From Octopus vulgaris (taxonomy: Eukaryota), in NCBI GenBank assembly GCA_951406725.2, contig OX597822.1, positions 54,436,001 to 54,500,000 of the forward strand: a stretch of 64,000 bases of DNA, given 5' to 3'. A program made the translations under genes and the position numbers. The notes under the pieces were generated by a model that ran no database searches, was not told the DNA's origin, and saw only the letters and a program-made list of their open reading frames with translations. The first letter of the stretch is position 1; every line of letters starts with the position of its first letter. This document shows, one piece after another, positions 40,556-54,225 of the stretch.

Positions 40556-41428
40556 CTAGCGGAACCCGTGAATATTTCACGGGATTGATAGCAAACCTAT
40601 TGGGTTATTTCTGAAAACTTTATTAAAAAAACCTGAAAGTGTAGCCTGCGTTGTGTCTGTATGGAAAGACATTCGCTCATCTGCTACTCATTGAAAAGCG
40701 AAAGAAATTGGAATACGATGATTACTTAATGCACTTTATATATACACTTTATATACTTTATGCACAATTTTAAAGACTTAATACACAGCACTCATAAAAT
40801 AAATATTCACTCTCTATTTTCCCCATAAACCAAAAAAAAAAAAAAAATTTCGCCGTACATATGATACAACCTTTAGTTAAATTATACATATCTGCCACGT
40901 AAAGAAGCGCGAATATTTCACAGAATGGCACTTATGCAACTGATAGGTGATATAAAAAAATTAGTTCATTAAAAAAAAAATACACTTTTCACTCACCACC
41001 ACCACCACCACCACCACCATCATCTCTCTCCCCGTTCTCTCTCTGTGCCACCTCTCTTTGCCTTTAACCTCACCATCAAAACATCATCCCTCTCCTAAAA
41101 TTTATATCTCTCCTCCTTTATATCACTACCTTCAGCTAACTTTTTAAACCACGTAATATTACATTCGCCTAACTCACATCATGACGCTCCTCTCTCCCTC
41201 TTTTTCTCTCTCATTCTTTCTGTCTCACTGTTCGCCTTATTCCCTTTTTCTCTCTTGCACTCTCTTTCCCTTCAACTGATCACGTGAAAGTAATACAATT
41301 ACGTTCCCTCTACCTCACGTCATGGACGCTTCATTCTCCCTCTTTTTCTCTCTCCCTCTTCTATGATTACGGTAAACCGTTACCGACGGGCTAAGTAACG
41401 GGACGACAAAGATAGTTATTATAATATA
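40556..41428 (-). mobile_element. Non-autonomous Helitron
   Basis: CCCGTGAA/TTCACGGG hairpin then CTAG|T at the minus-strand 3' end; TATATTATAAT 5' end. Confidence 0.6.
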
Positions 41429-42655
41429 TGTGTGTGTGTGAGTGTGTGTGTATGTGAGTTAGTGAGTGTGTATGTATGTGTGTGTGTGTGAATGTAAAAT
41501 ACAGGGCAGAAGTGCTAAGCAATGATGTGTATAAATAAAGAACAGTTGCATTTCAAATATGCTTGAGGTATATTCGAACCCGCAAGAAAGCTATTCACTG
41601 TGCATTACATGGAGAAAATTACTCGCTCTAGACATATATGTGTAAGTACACCTCGTCAGTTCGTAGCGCTCACATATTATTACCACCAGTCTGATTGCTG
41701 GGCGCTGCGAAAGGTTTCTGTTTATGTACACCGATTTGTCTACAACGAGAAAGTTTCTCCTTGATAAAATACAATGAATGGCTTTATTAAGGGCTCGAAT
41801 ATGCCCCAACAAGCTTGCATACATATAAGTATATATTGAGTGCTGGCCTTACGCATTGTGTCTTTGAGTAGGGCACTACATTTTATGTTGCTTCAAACTT
41901 CTCAGCCCCAAATGTATATCCCTCGTGATCTGGTGCAGTGCTCTCTTCAGCTATGACATTCTCCGTGTTCTGCTAGCTCATGGGCAAAGGTCAGAGAGGG
42001 TGTCTTTACTCGCGACTACACAGGCGTCAAAAAACCCCAAAAAACATAGCACATGGTCATACATATTTGCAAGTGACATTTTTGGTTTATATATATATAC
42101 ACGCAACTGGGGTCTAAGGGTAATAATGCATATAGTATCGTATCGGATGAAACTATCGAGGTAATAAGGAAATTAGTTCCTGAAATGGAAAAGTCGAAGG
42201 GTTCCAAAGTGGAAGAGAAATATATGGTTATTCCAAAAATTTTTTATACCTAAATTACACAAGATACTGTATAATAGTATGTTTATTGTGGGTGCTAGGA
42301 AAAGTACTGATAAAATAAAACTAGCTTTATCGATTAACAAAGATTTAAATGTGGTTAGGTCGTACTTCATGAGATCATGAAAATTAATCTTGAATGGTAC
42401 TGCTTAGGTGTCGAAACCATAGTGATGTCTGATTGGCAGGTGATGATGAGAATACACGTTTGTTATGCTTGGGTGTGTATTTCTTATATCTTAGTCTCGT
42501 TATTCTGAGTTGTCCTTCATTCTTGTAAAGTATAATGCGTTTGTGGATTCATTACTGATGGAATCACTTACATTGGTATTATATAGTTTCCTTCATAGGT
42601 AACCCAATTAGGCTTAGATAATACTTAGATATCGGTGTCTAGTTCTGTGAGGGTT

Positions 42656-42714
<59 letters not shown>

Positions 42715-44021
42715 CAATATATATATATATATATATGAATGATATTCTCCTATCATCAGGCGTCCGTAGACCAGACTATAACATTTTCCTGCTATAATTT
42801 ATTTTCAGCAGAAAATAGTAATGGATTGTTGCAAGTTCTCTCTGGATAGGTTTTATTTAAGAAATTTCGTTTTCCTAGAGATCATCTGGTGATCATCTAC
42901 ACTTGACTATACTGGATAACCGTTGACTCCCCTGAGTTCCCCCGCCCTTTGGTCTTCATACAGCAATGTGTCCAAAAATTCTCCTCACCAAGCATGCTTG
43001 ATGCAGTTGTCGGTTTTGTCGCCCACGACCCGATCATATACACACACTCACATACATTTTTCTCTGAGGAGCCGTCAACAAACCATGAAATGCCCCGTTA
43101 TAGACGCTTTCGTTTTTTATTATGCACATCAAGAATATAGAATTAATATGTTTACATTTATATCCTTATTTAACCTACAGTGAGACTGCATAATATTTAA
43201 ATATTAAGTTCTTCTGATTTACTCTATTGTGTTGAAATAAAACTAATGAAGAGCGGTCAAAAGTACAAGTATGCAAATTAGGCTATTCGCCACGGTGCCA
43301 ACCTAATTATTGACTGCTTTATAAGTAGCTTATCGATTCTTGGGGAAAGAAAATTGATGTCTTCTCATATAATTAGGTATAGACATTAATGGTGTTTTGA
43401 TGTCAAACGTCTAACACATGCATACGTGTGCGCGTGCGTGTACACACACGGGGTGTTCTGAATAATTGTGAACAAATTTAAGTGTTTAAATGGGCTGTAA
43501 TTGAGACATTAGCTGACGTAATATTATGCAGCACGTGCCAACTTTTAACTTTATCATTTTTATTTCAAGTGTATGGGAAGTGCATGCGTAAATGTGTGTT
43601 TAAGAAGCTTGCTTTCGAATCATGTTGTCTTGGTTTCAGTTCCACTGTGCTGCACCTAGGGCAAGTGCCATTTACTGTCATCATCTGACTTCTCTGCTTA
43701 ATCAAATGGTTGCTCTCCGCTGGTCATTACTACCAAACCTTTCTTGAATAGATTAATCACAAGTGATGAATAGTGGCTTCTCTGTAATCATATCCAATGA
43801 AAACGATAATTATTAGCACTCAGTGAAAAAGGAAAATCCATTCCCAAATCAGAATCGCACCCGAAAAAAGTTACGCTCTCTATTTGGTGAGGTATGAAGG
43901 GTGTAATCCATCATGAAGTGTTGAACCAAAATGAAACAGCTAATGCGAAGCAGTAATGTCATCAAATAGAAAAATTTGCAAAAGAAATAAAAAGCAAAAA
44001 AAACAAAAGCGTCCATCACAT

Positions 44022-44168
44022 AGGCGCGGGCGTGGCTGTGTGGCAAATAGCTTGCTTACCAACCACATGGTTCCGGGTTCAGTCCCACTGCGTGGCACTT
44101 TGGGCAAGTGTCTTCTACTATAGCCTTGTGAGTGGATATGGTAGACGGAAACTGAAAGAAGCCCCTCG

Positions 44169-44225
<57 letters not shown>

Positions 44226-44445
44226 GTATGTATATGTGTGTGTGTGTATGTTTGTTTATCAGTGTTTGTCCCCCCAACATCGCTTGACAACCGATGCTGC
44301 TGTGTTTACATCCCCGTAACTTAGCAGTTCGGCAAAACCGACCGATAGAATAAGAACCAGAATAAATTCCTGGGGTCGATTTGATTCGACTAAAGGCAGT
44401 GCTCCAGCATGGCCGCAGTCAAATAACTGAAACAAGTAAAAGAAA
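44022..44445 (+). mobile_element. SINE family A, full length
   Basis: Homologous to 22311. Confidence 0.9.
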
Positions 44446-44454
44446 AAAAGCGCC

Positions 44455-44720
44455 CATCATTGGCCAGTCGTGAAGGAGTGTTGCTCTTACACGATAATGC
44501 GAGACCACATATTACCCAAGAAAACATCATGACGTTAAATATGAGAGTTTTGCCACATATTTCTTTCACTAATAACCTTGCTCCATCTTATTCAGATCAT
44601 TGCAATATTATTTGGAAGAAAAACAGTTTGCTAATTGTGAAAAGGTTAAAAGTGATATTGAGTGTTTCCTTGCATCGAAACCTCATGAATCTTATTCCGA
44701 AAGTTCAACAATTTGTTAAT
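44455..44720 (+). mobile_element. Mariner transposase remnant
   Basis: VLLLHDNARPH and LPH...NLAPS (~YSPDLAPSD). Confidence 0.8.
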
Positions 44721-45077
44721 TAGATAGTATTATGTTATCAGTAATGAGGGGAATTATTACCTTCGTTAAATGTATCAATTACGACCAGGGAACAATGTGT
44801 TTCTTTCTCGTTTTAAAATGATATTCTTCCCACCTTAATATGAGTGTGTATATGTGTGTGTATGTGCGCTTATGTGTGTTTGCACAGGAGAACACGCGTG
44901 TACGCGCGAGCGTATTTAGCAGATTGACGTCAAAGCACCAATAATGTCTAACCCAATCAGCAGTAACAACAAGAACAACAATATAATTCCATACGTATAT
45001 AATTTCGCTGCCATTTTCTCTACCACAACTTATCTGAACGTATTCTTTCTCCTTATACATAACAACACTTTGTAATT

Positions 45078-45340
45078 TCACGTGATCACGTGACCGATCA
45101 GATTATCATATGTTACACATCGATGGTGAGAATACGCTCTTTGGCATTGTTTTAGCCTTCAAATGATGCCACGCCGCTGGCTAGGCGAGCAGGCCAACAT
45201 TTCCTCGAGCAACATTCAATGGAGCAATGTGAAATGAAGTATTTTGCTCAAGAATATAAGGCACCGCCCAGTCATGGAATCGATCCCACAATCTAGCGAT
45301 CGTGAGCGGATCAGCCTAGCCAGTAGGCCACGCAATTTCA
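45078..45340 (-). mobile_element. SINE family C variant with a different tail
   Basis: Family C-like head; tail matches 60064-60180 in reverse complement. Confidence 0.7.
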
Positions 45341-45462
45341 CTATATATACATACATATATATACATATATAGAGAGGTAGAATTCACAAAGAAAAAAGAC
45401 GTAGACAGGGGGTGTAGACAACACACAGATGTATTAGTTTAACAATCGGGAAGTGAAAAAGT

Positions 45463-45498
45463 CTTTAACATTTCGAGCCTACGCTCTTCCACAGAAAG
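45463..45498 (-). ncRNA. Ultra-minimal hammerhead-like motif with CUGUGGA core
   Basis: CUUU-CUGUGGA-A-GAGC-GUAG-GCUC-GAAAU-GUU-AAAG. Confidence 0.45.
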
Positions 45499-45680
45499 GA
45501 ACACAGAAAGAAACAAGGAAAGAAAATAAAGAATGTGTAGTGGCTAGTGATCTATCATGGCGAATGCCGGACAGAGGGGTCACATGGGAAAGCTAGGAAG
45601 AAGGGGAGATAACAAAGTAGAGGTGATCCCAAAACAAAGGTGCACGTGCGTGTGTATAAGAGAGTATGTATGTTCGAGCG

Positions 45681-45800
45681 CTAAAATCTCTAAGCGAAAT
45701 ATAAGTAGTAACGATACTAGATGGTGATGTTTTTTTTTTTTGCCACTATAACGTTACCGTCCAGTATTGTTGCTACTTATATCTCGTTTAGAGATTTTAG
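45681..45800. repeat. Hairpin with 51-bp arms
   Basis: CTAAAATCTCTAAGCG... pairs with ...CGTTTAGAGATTTTAG; 8 differences, all transitions. Confidence 0.85.
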
Positions 45801-45854
45801 AACTAGCTATTTTGCTCGTTACGGGACCAGCGGCTGTCTGCCGCTTTTCTGTTT

Positions 45855-45996
45855 ATATATTGTGAGTAGCGACGATTGACGGCCATCTGTAGCAGGCAGG
45901 GATCCAGCACTGGTAAAGGGTAAAGGCCCCAAAATTATGGTGCACTGGTCTTACCAAGCTGGAGGGAAGTGATTCGCTCCCTTACTCACAATATAT
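45855..45996. mobile_element. Small TIR element (MITE or tiny solo LTR, TG...CA)
   Basis: ATATATTGTGAGTA ... TACTCACAATATAT, a 14-bp inverted repeat. Confidence 0.55.
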
Positions 45997-46204
45997 TGGA
46001 CACAGGTGTGTCGTTGATCAGCTGGAAAAGACGTTTTCCTGGGGTCAAAACGTTGTAACATAGTTCTTTATAGAACAGTAGTAACGTATACTAAACAGTA
46101 AACCGAGTAGCCACATCTAAGTGGCAGATGAATGTTAATACTAGTTTAACCCCAGGCGGATTCTCTGCCAGCTGGTTTTCGGTGCAAGCTCTATATACAA
46201 TATA

Positions 46205-46360
46205 CAATATATCGCTAGCAGGGAGAGCGAACCACTACTATCCCCCAGTAGCTGGCAGGATCGTGGGATCAGCCAGCTTCGAGCTATTAGGCTCACATCA
46301 GCCGCACGCACCTGCGCAGTGGAGTGATAGCTAAGATCCGCTTCTGCCAGCGTTATATTG
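46205..46360. mobile_element. MITE with TA flanks
   Basis: TA|CAATATATCGCTAGCAG ... CTGCCAGCGTTATATTG|TA. Confidence 0.6.
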
Positions 46361-46364
46361 TAAA

Positions 46365-46748
46365 CTAGCAGTATCGCCCGGCGTTGCTCGGGTTTGTAAG
46401 GGAAATAACTATAAAGCATTTTTAGAGAGTTATAGCCAAAAAATAGGAAAAAAATGGGAAAAAAAATTATGGTAAATTTTTTTTTGATAGTTAAAAAGGT
46501 CGAGTTGCGTCCCCTAGACCATCTGTGGTTTGTGTTTTTGATTGTTGACCCCATGTCGAATTTATCGATCTTTTTCAGAACTGGGGGAACTTTTCAAAAT
46601 TTTCGCTGCGTTAGTTTTGAATTATGACATTGGGCTATGTGTGTGTCAAGTTTCATCAGAATCGGTTGAAAGCCGTGCTCAGAGTGAGGGTACAACCAAA
46701 CAGACACACAGAAACACACACAGACAAACTGCCGTTTATATAGAGAGA
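46365..46748 (-). mobile_element. Short non-autonomous Helitron
   Basis: CCCGAGCAACGCCGGG hairpin plus CTAG|T; 5' TCTCTATATAAACGGCAGTTTGTCTG. Confidence 0.75.
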
Positions 46749-48249
46749 GATAAAGTGACCATCGGTCACTGATTTGCAACAAGCAAAATAGCTTGGTATG
46801 AAATCTCAAGAAGAGATAGAGTAGTAACGTATACTAAACAGTAAAGCGAGTAGCCACATCAAAGTAGCAAATGAATGTTACTACTAGTTTAACCCCAGGC
46901 GGATCCTCCGCCAGCTGGTTTTCGGTGCAAGCTCTGCACCCTTTATAATATGTACGAAGGAAATCATATCTTTATTTTAGATGACACTTTAAAAATCCAA
47001 CAATTGCTTCAATTGCATTAACATATCTCTTATATAAAATCCGTTCTGTCTGTCTGTCTGTGTATCTTCTAGGATCTCGGGCATCCTCCATCCGATTGCG
47101 CTCAAATTTAATGTGTAGATACCGACGGTATCAGGGCGTGTATAAGTCTTGAAAAAATGACAAAAATCGATTCCAGGTGAGAATGCGATCGATAAAGCCG
47201 TTTTTGTCCTGCTTTTCTTCCGTAAACCTGTACATAACTGCACCTTCCATTTTTTGTTGTTTCTGTACTGCTGGAAGGCACGGTTCTTCCATGCCAAGCT
47301 TACTGTTTAAACCATGTTTGTGTTCTCACAGTCAACAGCTTTATCATTACTAGTACTTTAAACTCTTCGGTTGCATATTTGTGTGAGTAAAATCTTTTTT
47401 CTTTCGAATAGAAAAAAGTCTATCTTTATTTCTTCTTTTGCTGGTGTCTCAAATTTAGGTTAAGTCAGTGTTTCTCAAAGGGGAGGCCTATGGGACGGTC
47501 GGACAAGTTGTTTTGAGAAAATTTGGTTTAAATGTTTGACAACTCGGCACTGTCCATTGAACGGGGGATGGTGTTTTGCTCGTACATACATATATAACAA
47601 TTCATTATTAAAGGATTTATTGATATTTCATTATTTTTTCTGTAATTTTTATTTTTTATTATCCAGTGGTTGTATATGTGGTTGAATATAATAATTCTTC
47701 AGTTATTGTAAAATAAATTTAATTCCGATAGAAGGGTTTATTATATTAGATAAATAAATAGGTAATTAATTATTGCGACGTAAAATTTACAAGTTTCTAT
47801 TAAGCATTATGTAGACTTATTATATGTAGTTTTTATTCTTTAGTTATCTATTAAGCATAACGTAGAATTTTTGTCTGCAGTTTTTGTTTTTCAAATATTC
47901 AGTGACATCATCAATTTTAGTAGATAAATATACTCGCTTTCTATGTTAGGTTTTTCCAATTTTTTATATATTTTTATATAGATTTCAAATTGTCAAAAAA
48001 AAAAATTGGAATTAATATGGTATATTTTATATTTTACTTTTATAAACTAAATTAGTTAGCCAATGACTTCGCTCTTGGTTGAATGAATGAATGTCTACAG
48101 TTAAATTTGGTTTGGCATTTCTTTTTGTTAGCGTTTTAAACAGGAATACTTTTTTCAGATGTTCAGTTAAAATTTCACCAATATGGATTACCTTGACACT
48201 GTTGTGTTGACATAAATTTTCGTACATATTATTATTAATTTTAATAATA

Positions 48250-48337
<88 letters not shown>

Positions 48338-49107
48338 ATCTATGTATGTGTGTGTGTATGTGTGTGTGTGTGTATACAAACATATACATATATGTATGTG
48401 TATGTATATATATATATGTGTGTGTGTGTATAGAAATAGAATACAAAATGGGGCAAGAACACAAAACATCTAGACAGTTAGGTGATACAAATAGGGGACA
48501 ACAAAACATCCAGATAGACGATACAAAGAAAACAAGGACGGGTCATTCGGAATTTTCTTTCCACAGTCGAGTTCCAGATTATCTTATTCCTTGGAAGAAA
48601 GCAACGAATGTATACGAAAACAAGGTCGGAAAAAAACGGAGGAATGTTGCACAAATACAAATAAGAGGATATAACAACAGGTGTCTTTCGTCTAAGGCCG
48701 AATTAAATTAAGCTGGCGCGTGTGGAAATAAGGCCTTACGGCAGGGATACTAGTTTTCACAGGCACAAGGAGGAATATAGATGTTGCACGGACGACAGCC
48801 GAACCAGGAAAAAAAAGATCAGACTTGACCGAACACCGGTCACGTGGGGAGAGAAGAGAGGGAGGTAGAGGCAGAGGGACATAAGAATTAAGGAGGGGCG
48901 AGAAAAATGACAGGGGCACAGTGAAATGAAAGGGGAGGGAAGTGAGCAAGAAGAGCAGGCTGAGAAATGTGAGAGAGTGGGAACGAAAGAACGAAGAGTG
49001 GAATGAACGAATAAGCGTGAAAGAGCTGATAGAAAGAAAGAATATAGTCGTACAAGATTTAGATAAATATATACTTACATATAAGAGACCAAAGTGTACG
49101 TATGCCG

Positions 49108-49177
<70 letters not shown>

Positions 49178-49701
49178 CAAAATGGGACAAGAACGCAAAA
49201 CATCCAGACAGTTAGGCGATACCAAAAAAAGGGGACAACAAAACATCTTGATAGACAATACAAAGAAAACAAGGATGGGTCATTCGAAGTTTTCTTTCCC
49301 CAGTCGAGTTCCAGATTATCCTTGCAATTTCGGCTGGTTATACTCGAGATTGCTCCAATCTGGCCAGCCCCAAAGAAAACTAAGCTAAGGGCATTAGATT
49401 CCTTGGAAGAAAGCAGCGAATGTATACGAAAACAAGGACGGGAAAAAAACGGAGAATGTTACACAAATACAAATAAGAGGACTTAACAACAGGTGTCTTT
49501 CGACTAAGGACATGTATGTATATATATATTTCTTAAAATTCTGCGTAAGGATTGTTGGATTAACCTGTATTGCATGAGGATTTACTCGGGATTTGTATTC
49601 TACACACAATTACTGGTGTCTACTAGTTGGAAATTTAACCGTATTCCTTTATACTGAGTACTTACTTGATATCTACCAGGATTTTAAAATCCCATTTTTT
49701 T

Positions 49702-49748
<47 letters not shown>

Positions 49749-50039
49749 AAATATTAGGGAATAAATCCAAACTTACAGGGAAAAATCAGATTTAGGATTA
49801 AATCCAATTTTATAGTATAAATATATTATATTATATTAAATTAGAGATAAAACCAATATTAGGCAAATCAAACAATGAAAAACATAAGCCAATACATAAA
49901 ATTAATTAATTTATATTATTTTAAATATCAAAAGTATTAAAAGTTTAATAAAAGATAAAGAGTATATATATATATATGTTTGTGTGTGTGTGTATCTTTT
50001 AAATTCGTTTATGGTAACGTTAAGAGTATACAAATAAAG

Positions 50040-50830
50040 CTCCAATATCATTATGCCGGCTACCGTCTAATGATACTGACTAGTGAGTCAGTTTTTCGGG
50101 TATGCATCATGGTTATACCGATATAATGTAGGATAAATATATAAAGAACCCAAACAAATAAAGGAACATACCAATGTTTAAGATGATGCGCACCATAACA
50201 CCAGAAACAGTGAAAATTTCAGCATAAGAGGGTAGCAGTGATCAATTCGGTCATCAAACCCCACTGTATAGCAGCTGAACACTTTTTGGGTTCAGAATTT
50301 ATTGAGGAGCGTCACGTCTTGAATGAGAGAGAACAAAGAAATATATTATCATCCATAAATCTGCTGAATAAAGGACCATCCTGAAAAATGAATAGCAAGT
50401 AAAACCAACAATACCACACACACTTCTATCCCCATATTACTACCATTCCTTTCTCTACTCCTATCACCTACCGCCCCCGACCGAGTACACAGAGAAATAC
50501 CCACATAACTAGATTGACCTTCATACTGGCAAGGGGAAAAAACATCCTTCTGTGATTCATCTACTAATGCAGTATCACCTGATGAAATGAATCGCTGTTG
50601 ATGATCAACCGGATGTTCAGGGATAATACGGACTATACTGTACTCATCCCAAGGGTACGGACTCTGATGTTAAAGTCATGTGACTTGTGGAAATACGCGT
50701 AGCGATGTATTTAAATATTCATAAATTCCATCCTAGAATTATTGTTAATATATATACATATAAAATTAATATAGACAGCGGTATGCAATGTTTATCAAAA
50801 AGGAAAACCACAATTGTCACTAAATATGAC
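50040..50830 (+). mobile_element. Penelope-like 3' remnant
   Basis: AAEHF...NEREQRNI...LLN resembles a GIY-YIG C-terminus; HHR at 50574; tail ends at a TA tract. Confidence 0.45.
50574..50707 (+). ncRNA. Decayed type I hammerhead motif with long helix II insert
   Basis: AUCAC-CUGAUGA-AAUGAAUCGC...GUGACUUGUG-GAAA-U-ACGC-G-UA-GCGAU. Confidence 0.55.
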
Positions 50831-50840
50831 TAAGGTATTA

Positions 50841-50921
<81 letters not shown>

Positions 50922-50931
50922 CACACACACG

Positions 50932-50963
<32 letters not shown>

Positions 50964-50990
50964 TAATATATATATATATATATACATACA

Positions 50991-51023
<33 letters not shown>

Positions 51024-51024
<1 letters not shown>

Positions 51025-51364
51025 GGTAAAGACTCCCTTCGGTCATGAGTGACCATGGGTTTGCACCTAGAGAGTTACCCTCTGAGGCACAAGTCTGGGC
51101 AAGGTTGTTTTTTATGGAAGACCAGTAGTCGCCCATGCATACCGGCCTCCCCTCTCCACGCCACCAGTGTTATCCAAGGGAAAGACAAAGGTCGATACAG
51201 CTTGGCACCTGTGACGTCGCAACTCATTTCTACAGCTGAGTGAACTGGAGCAACGTGAAATAAAGTGTCTTGCTCAAGAACACAACACGCAGCCCGGTCC
51301 GGGATTCGAGCTCACAACCTCACGATCGTAAGCTCGACGCTCTAACCACTGAGCCATGCGCCTT
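51024..51364 (-). mobile_element. SINE family C variant with a third tail
   Basis: Head GGCGCATGGCTCAGTGGTTAG...GAGCTCGAATCCCGG; shared core; distinct 3' region. Confidence 0.8.
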
Positions 51365-51378
51365 CATATATATATACA

Positions 51379-51510
<132 letters not shown>

Positions 51511-51516
51511 TAATAA

Positions 51517-51564
<48 letters not shown>

Positions 51565-51662
51565 CGAGGGATTATCACTCCGGGAAAAATACTTCATAAG
51601 CTCTGTTGGCACACAAGGCTACCAATATTAGCGCGCGCGCACACACACACACATACATACAT

Positions 51663-52190
51663 AAAAGGTGCTTCCCAGAAGTTTTGTGAGTTTTCTGAGA
51701 GGCATTAATTTGAAAGAAGCACAAAACTCTAATTTCCTTCAGAGTAGGCTCCTCTAACTTTAATACATTTGCAGTGAAAGCCCCATGAAAGTCCTTCAAA
51801 TTTAAGGTGTCATAGACCCTCGCAACAGTCTCCTTCATGTACTTGAGCTTGGAGAATTATCACAAGGAGCAAGGTCTGGACTCTAGAGAGGATGAGGGGC
51901 AGTTTTGATGCTCTCAAGTAGTCGATTATGCAGGGACTCTGGCCTTTGGTGACGAAATCTCTTCCTGAACTCCTTCAAAACCTTCAGAAAATACTCATTG
52001 TTGACTGTCTAGCCAGAAGTAACCCAACGGATGAAAATGATGCTCTTGCTGTCGAAAAAGGGGATCACCATGCGCTCCACAGAGGACTTGCTTTGCCTAG
52101 ACTCTTGTGCCAGTGAAAAACAGATGTTCGACTCATATAAATTAATCCAAAAGCAGTCAAGAACATTTCATAAGTCTCTGTAGTGTTTTT
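51663..52190 (-). mobile_element. Decayed mariner-like remnant
   Basis: MKETVARVYDTLNLKDFHGAF resembles a mariner C-terminus. Confidence 0.35.
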
Positions 52191-52330
52191 GCCCAGTTTA
52201 ACGCAAAACCTTAGTGCATGGTGAGCTTCCAAATTATTTGCAAGTTCTGACTACATTCTGTAATGCAGTTCTACGCCATATAAACAAACAAATGAATATG
52301 TAGAATACATACATACAAACGTACACACAG

Positions 52331-52394
<64 letters not shown>

Positions 52395-52804
52395 GTATAT
52401 ATATGCATACACACACGCATACGTACATACAAACATACATACACAAATACATACATACATACATACATGCATACATACATAAATACAAACATACATACGT
52501 GTATATACATGCGTACTGACGCGTACACACCCGCACAAACAAACAAAACAATACATCTCCGATAACGGGATTCAACGACTTTTAAAGAGGTTGCAAGAAG
52601 CAACGAAAATACTAGAAAAAAAATAAATAAGTAAATGAGTGGAAATCGTACCGGTGCGTGTGTTAATTAATAAGGCATTAAATCAGAATGATTCTCCTCT
52701 AACACCATAATATAAACACACGCGCACACTTACACATACACATATATATTTATGCAAATATATACATACATACGTGTATGTGTGTGTTTGTGCGTGCGTG
52801 TATG

Positions 52805-52903
<99 letters not shown>

Positions 52904-54012
52904 CATGTGTGTGTATGTGTGTGTATGTGTGTGTGTGTGCGTGTGTGTGTGCGTATGTATGTATGTATATATATGACAACATAAATGGTGAAGTTGAAAA
53001 TCGTACGTTAACTTAGAACTAAACAGTTGGCTAGAATCCTAGCTAAACACCAAGGAAATTATCTAATACTAAATGTATGTAAATTTACCCAGCTAGCGTT
53101 GAGATAAGAATAATGAGTAAGAAGATTCTTTAACAAATTACGATAACATCAGGAAAGTTTCCAACTCTTGTTATATGACCTCATGGCATAGATAATAGAA
53201 ATATTAAAATAACGTTACAAAACTTGAATAAAGTCTTACGCTTTGATAAAAATTTCACCTAGAAAAAAGATTTTGCTCAACGTGTTTCGTTAATGTAAGT
53301 ATGAAATTGTATTACAGTGCGGAGTTATGCGATCTTGTAGGATTATGTATCTCAGTTGCATTTATTTAGAAATTCCTTTGAAAAATCACTCCTTGGCAAT
53401 GACAACGGGTTAGCTGTAACAAAATGTAGAAACAAAAAGCTTTAGGTACAATAAAGCATTTGAAGCTTTAAAATAACCATACTCCTAACTTAACATTTAA
53501 TTAATAACTTATAAAATCTCTTCAAGAAGCCCAGTGGAAACTCCTGTATTAATGAAGAATCAGCTCCCACGGGCCCTAGTTTTAAGAACGTCAATAACTT
53601 AAGTAGAAGTATTTTTAACCAGTTCTCAAGTTAAGAAATAATCGATACGTAAGACCCTACTACAATTACGCTTTACTAGCAAGCGAATTCAAAGAGAAAA
53701 TTTACGTACCTATGTAACTTCCTGTCCCAAACTAAGAAGAAGAGCCGCAATATCATAACCTGAAATACACTTTAATCTCATTTAATGTTAAATCAAATAT
53801 AGCGTGAAATTTTATGTAATAGAAAAGGACTTCCCTACTAATCATAAATATAGGAAAATTTTAAACAGAAGCAATTTAAGAGCAGGGTTGAGTTCCACAC
53901 GGATATGAAAAATACAATATCGCACAGTCACACAGGAAACTGAAGCCTCATGTTCCCGAGGAAGCAACAATAGATACCCAGCAGATGAATTCTAGAACAT
54001 ATTAGCCATGTA

Positions 54013-54200
54013 TATATATAAAACTGAGAATGTGTGTCTGTATGTGTGAATCACTAAAAGTCGAGAACTACAAAACCGATTTCATTCAAATTTTACACAT
54101 GCCTTACTTAGGCTCCATGCAGTGTCATAGGCCAAAAACATTTCAACTTCTTGCCTAATGCGAGCCCAGAGTAATCTCTTATGACTTACACTATTTCAGT
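54013..54200 (+). mobile_element. Helitron 5' fragment (1342-2762 family)
   Basis: Reverse complement of ~2450-2762 segments. Confidence 0.7.
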
Positions 54201-54225
54201 ATATATATATATATATATATATATA

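Noticed and set aside
43060-43105. CUGAGGA...GAAA...GUU hammerhead-like order
   Set aside because: Helices I and II do not pair
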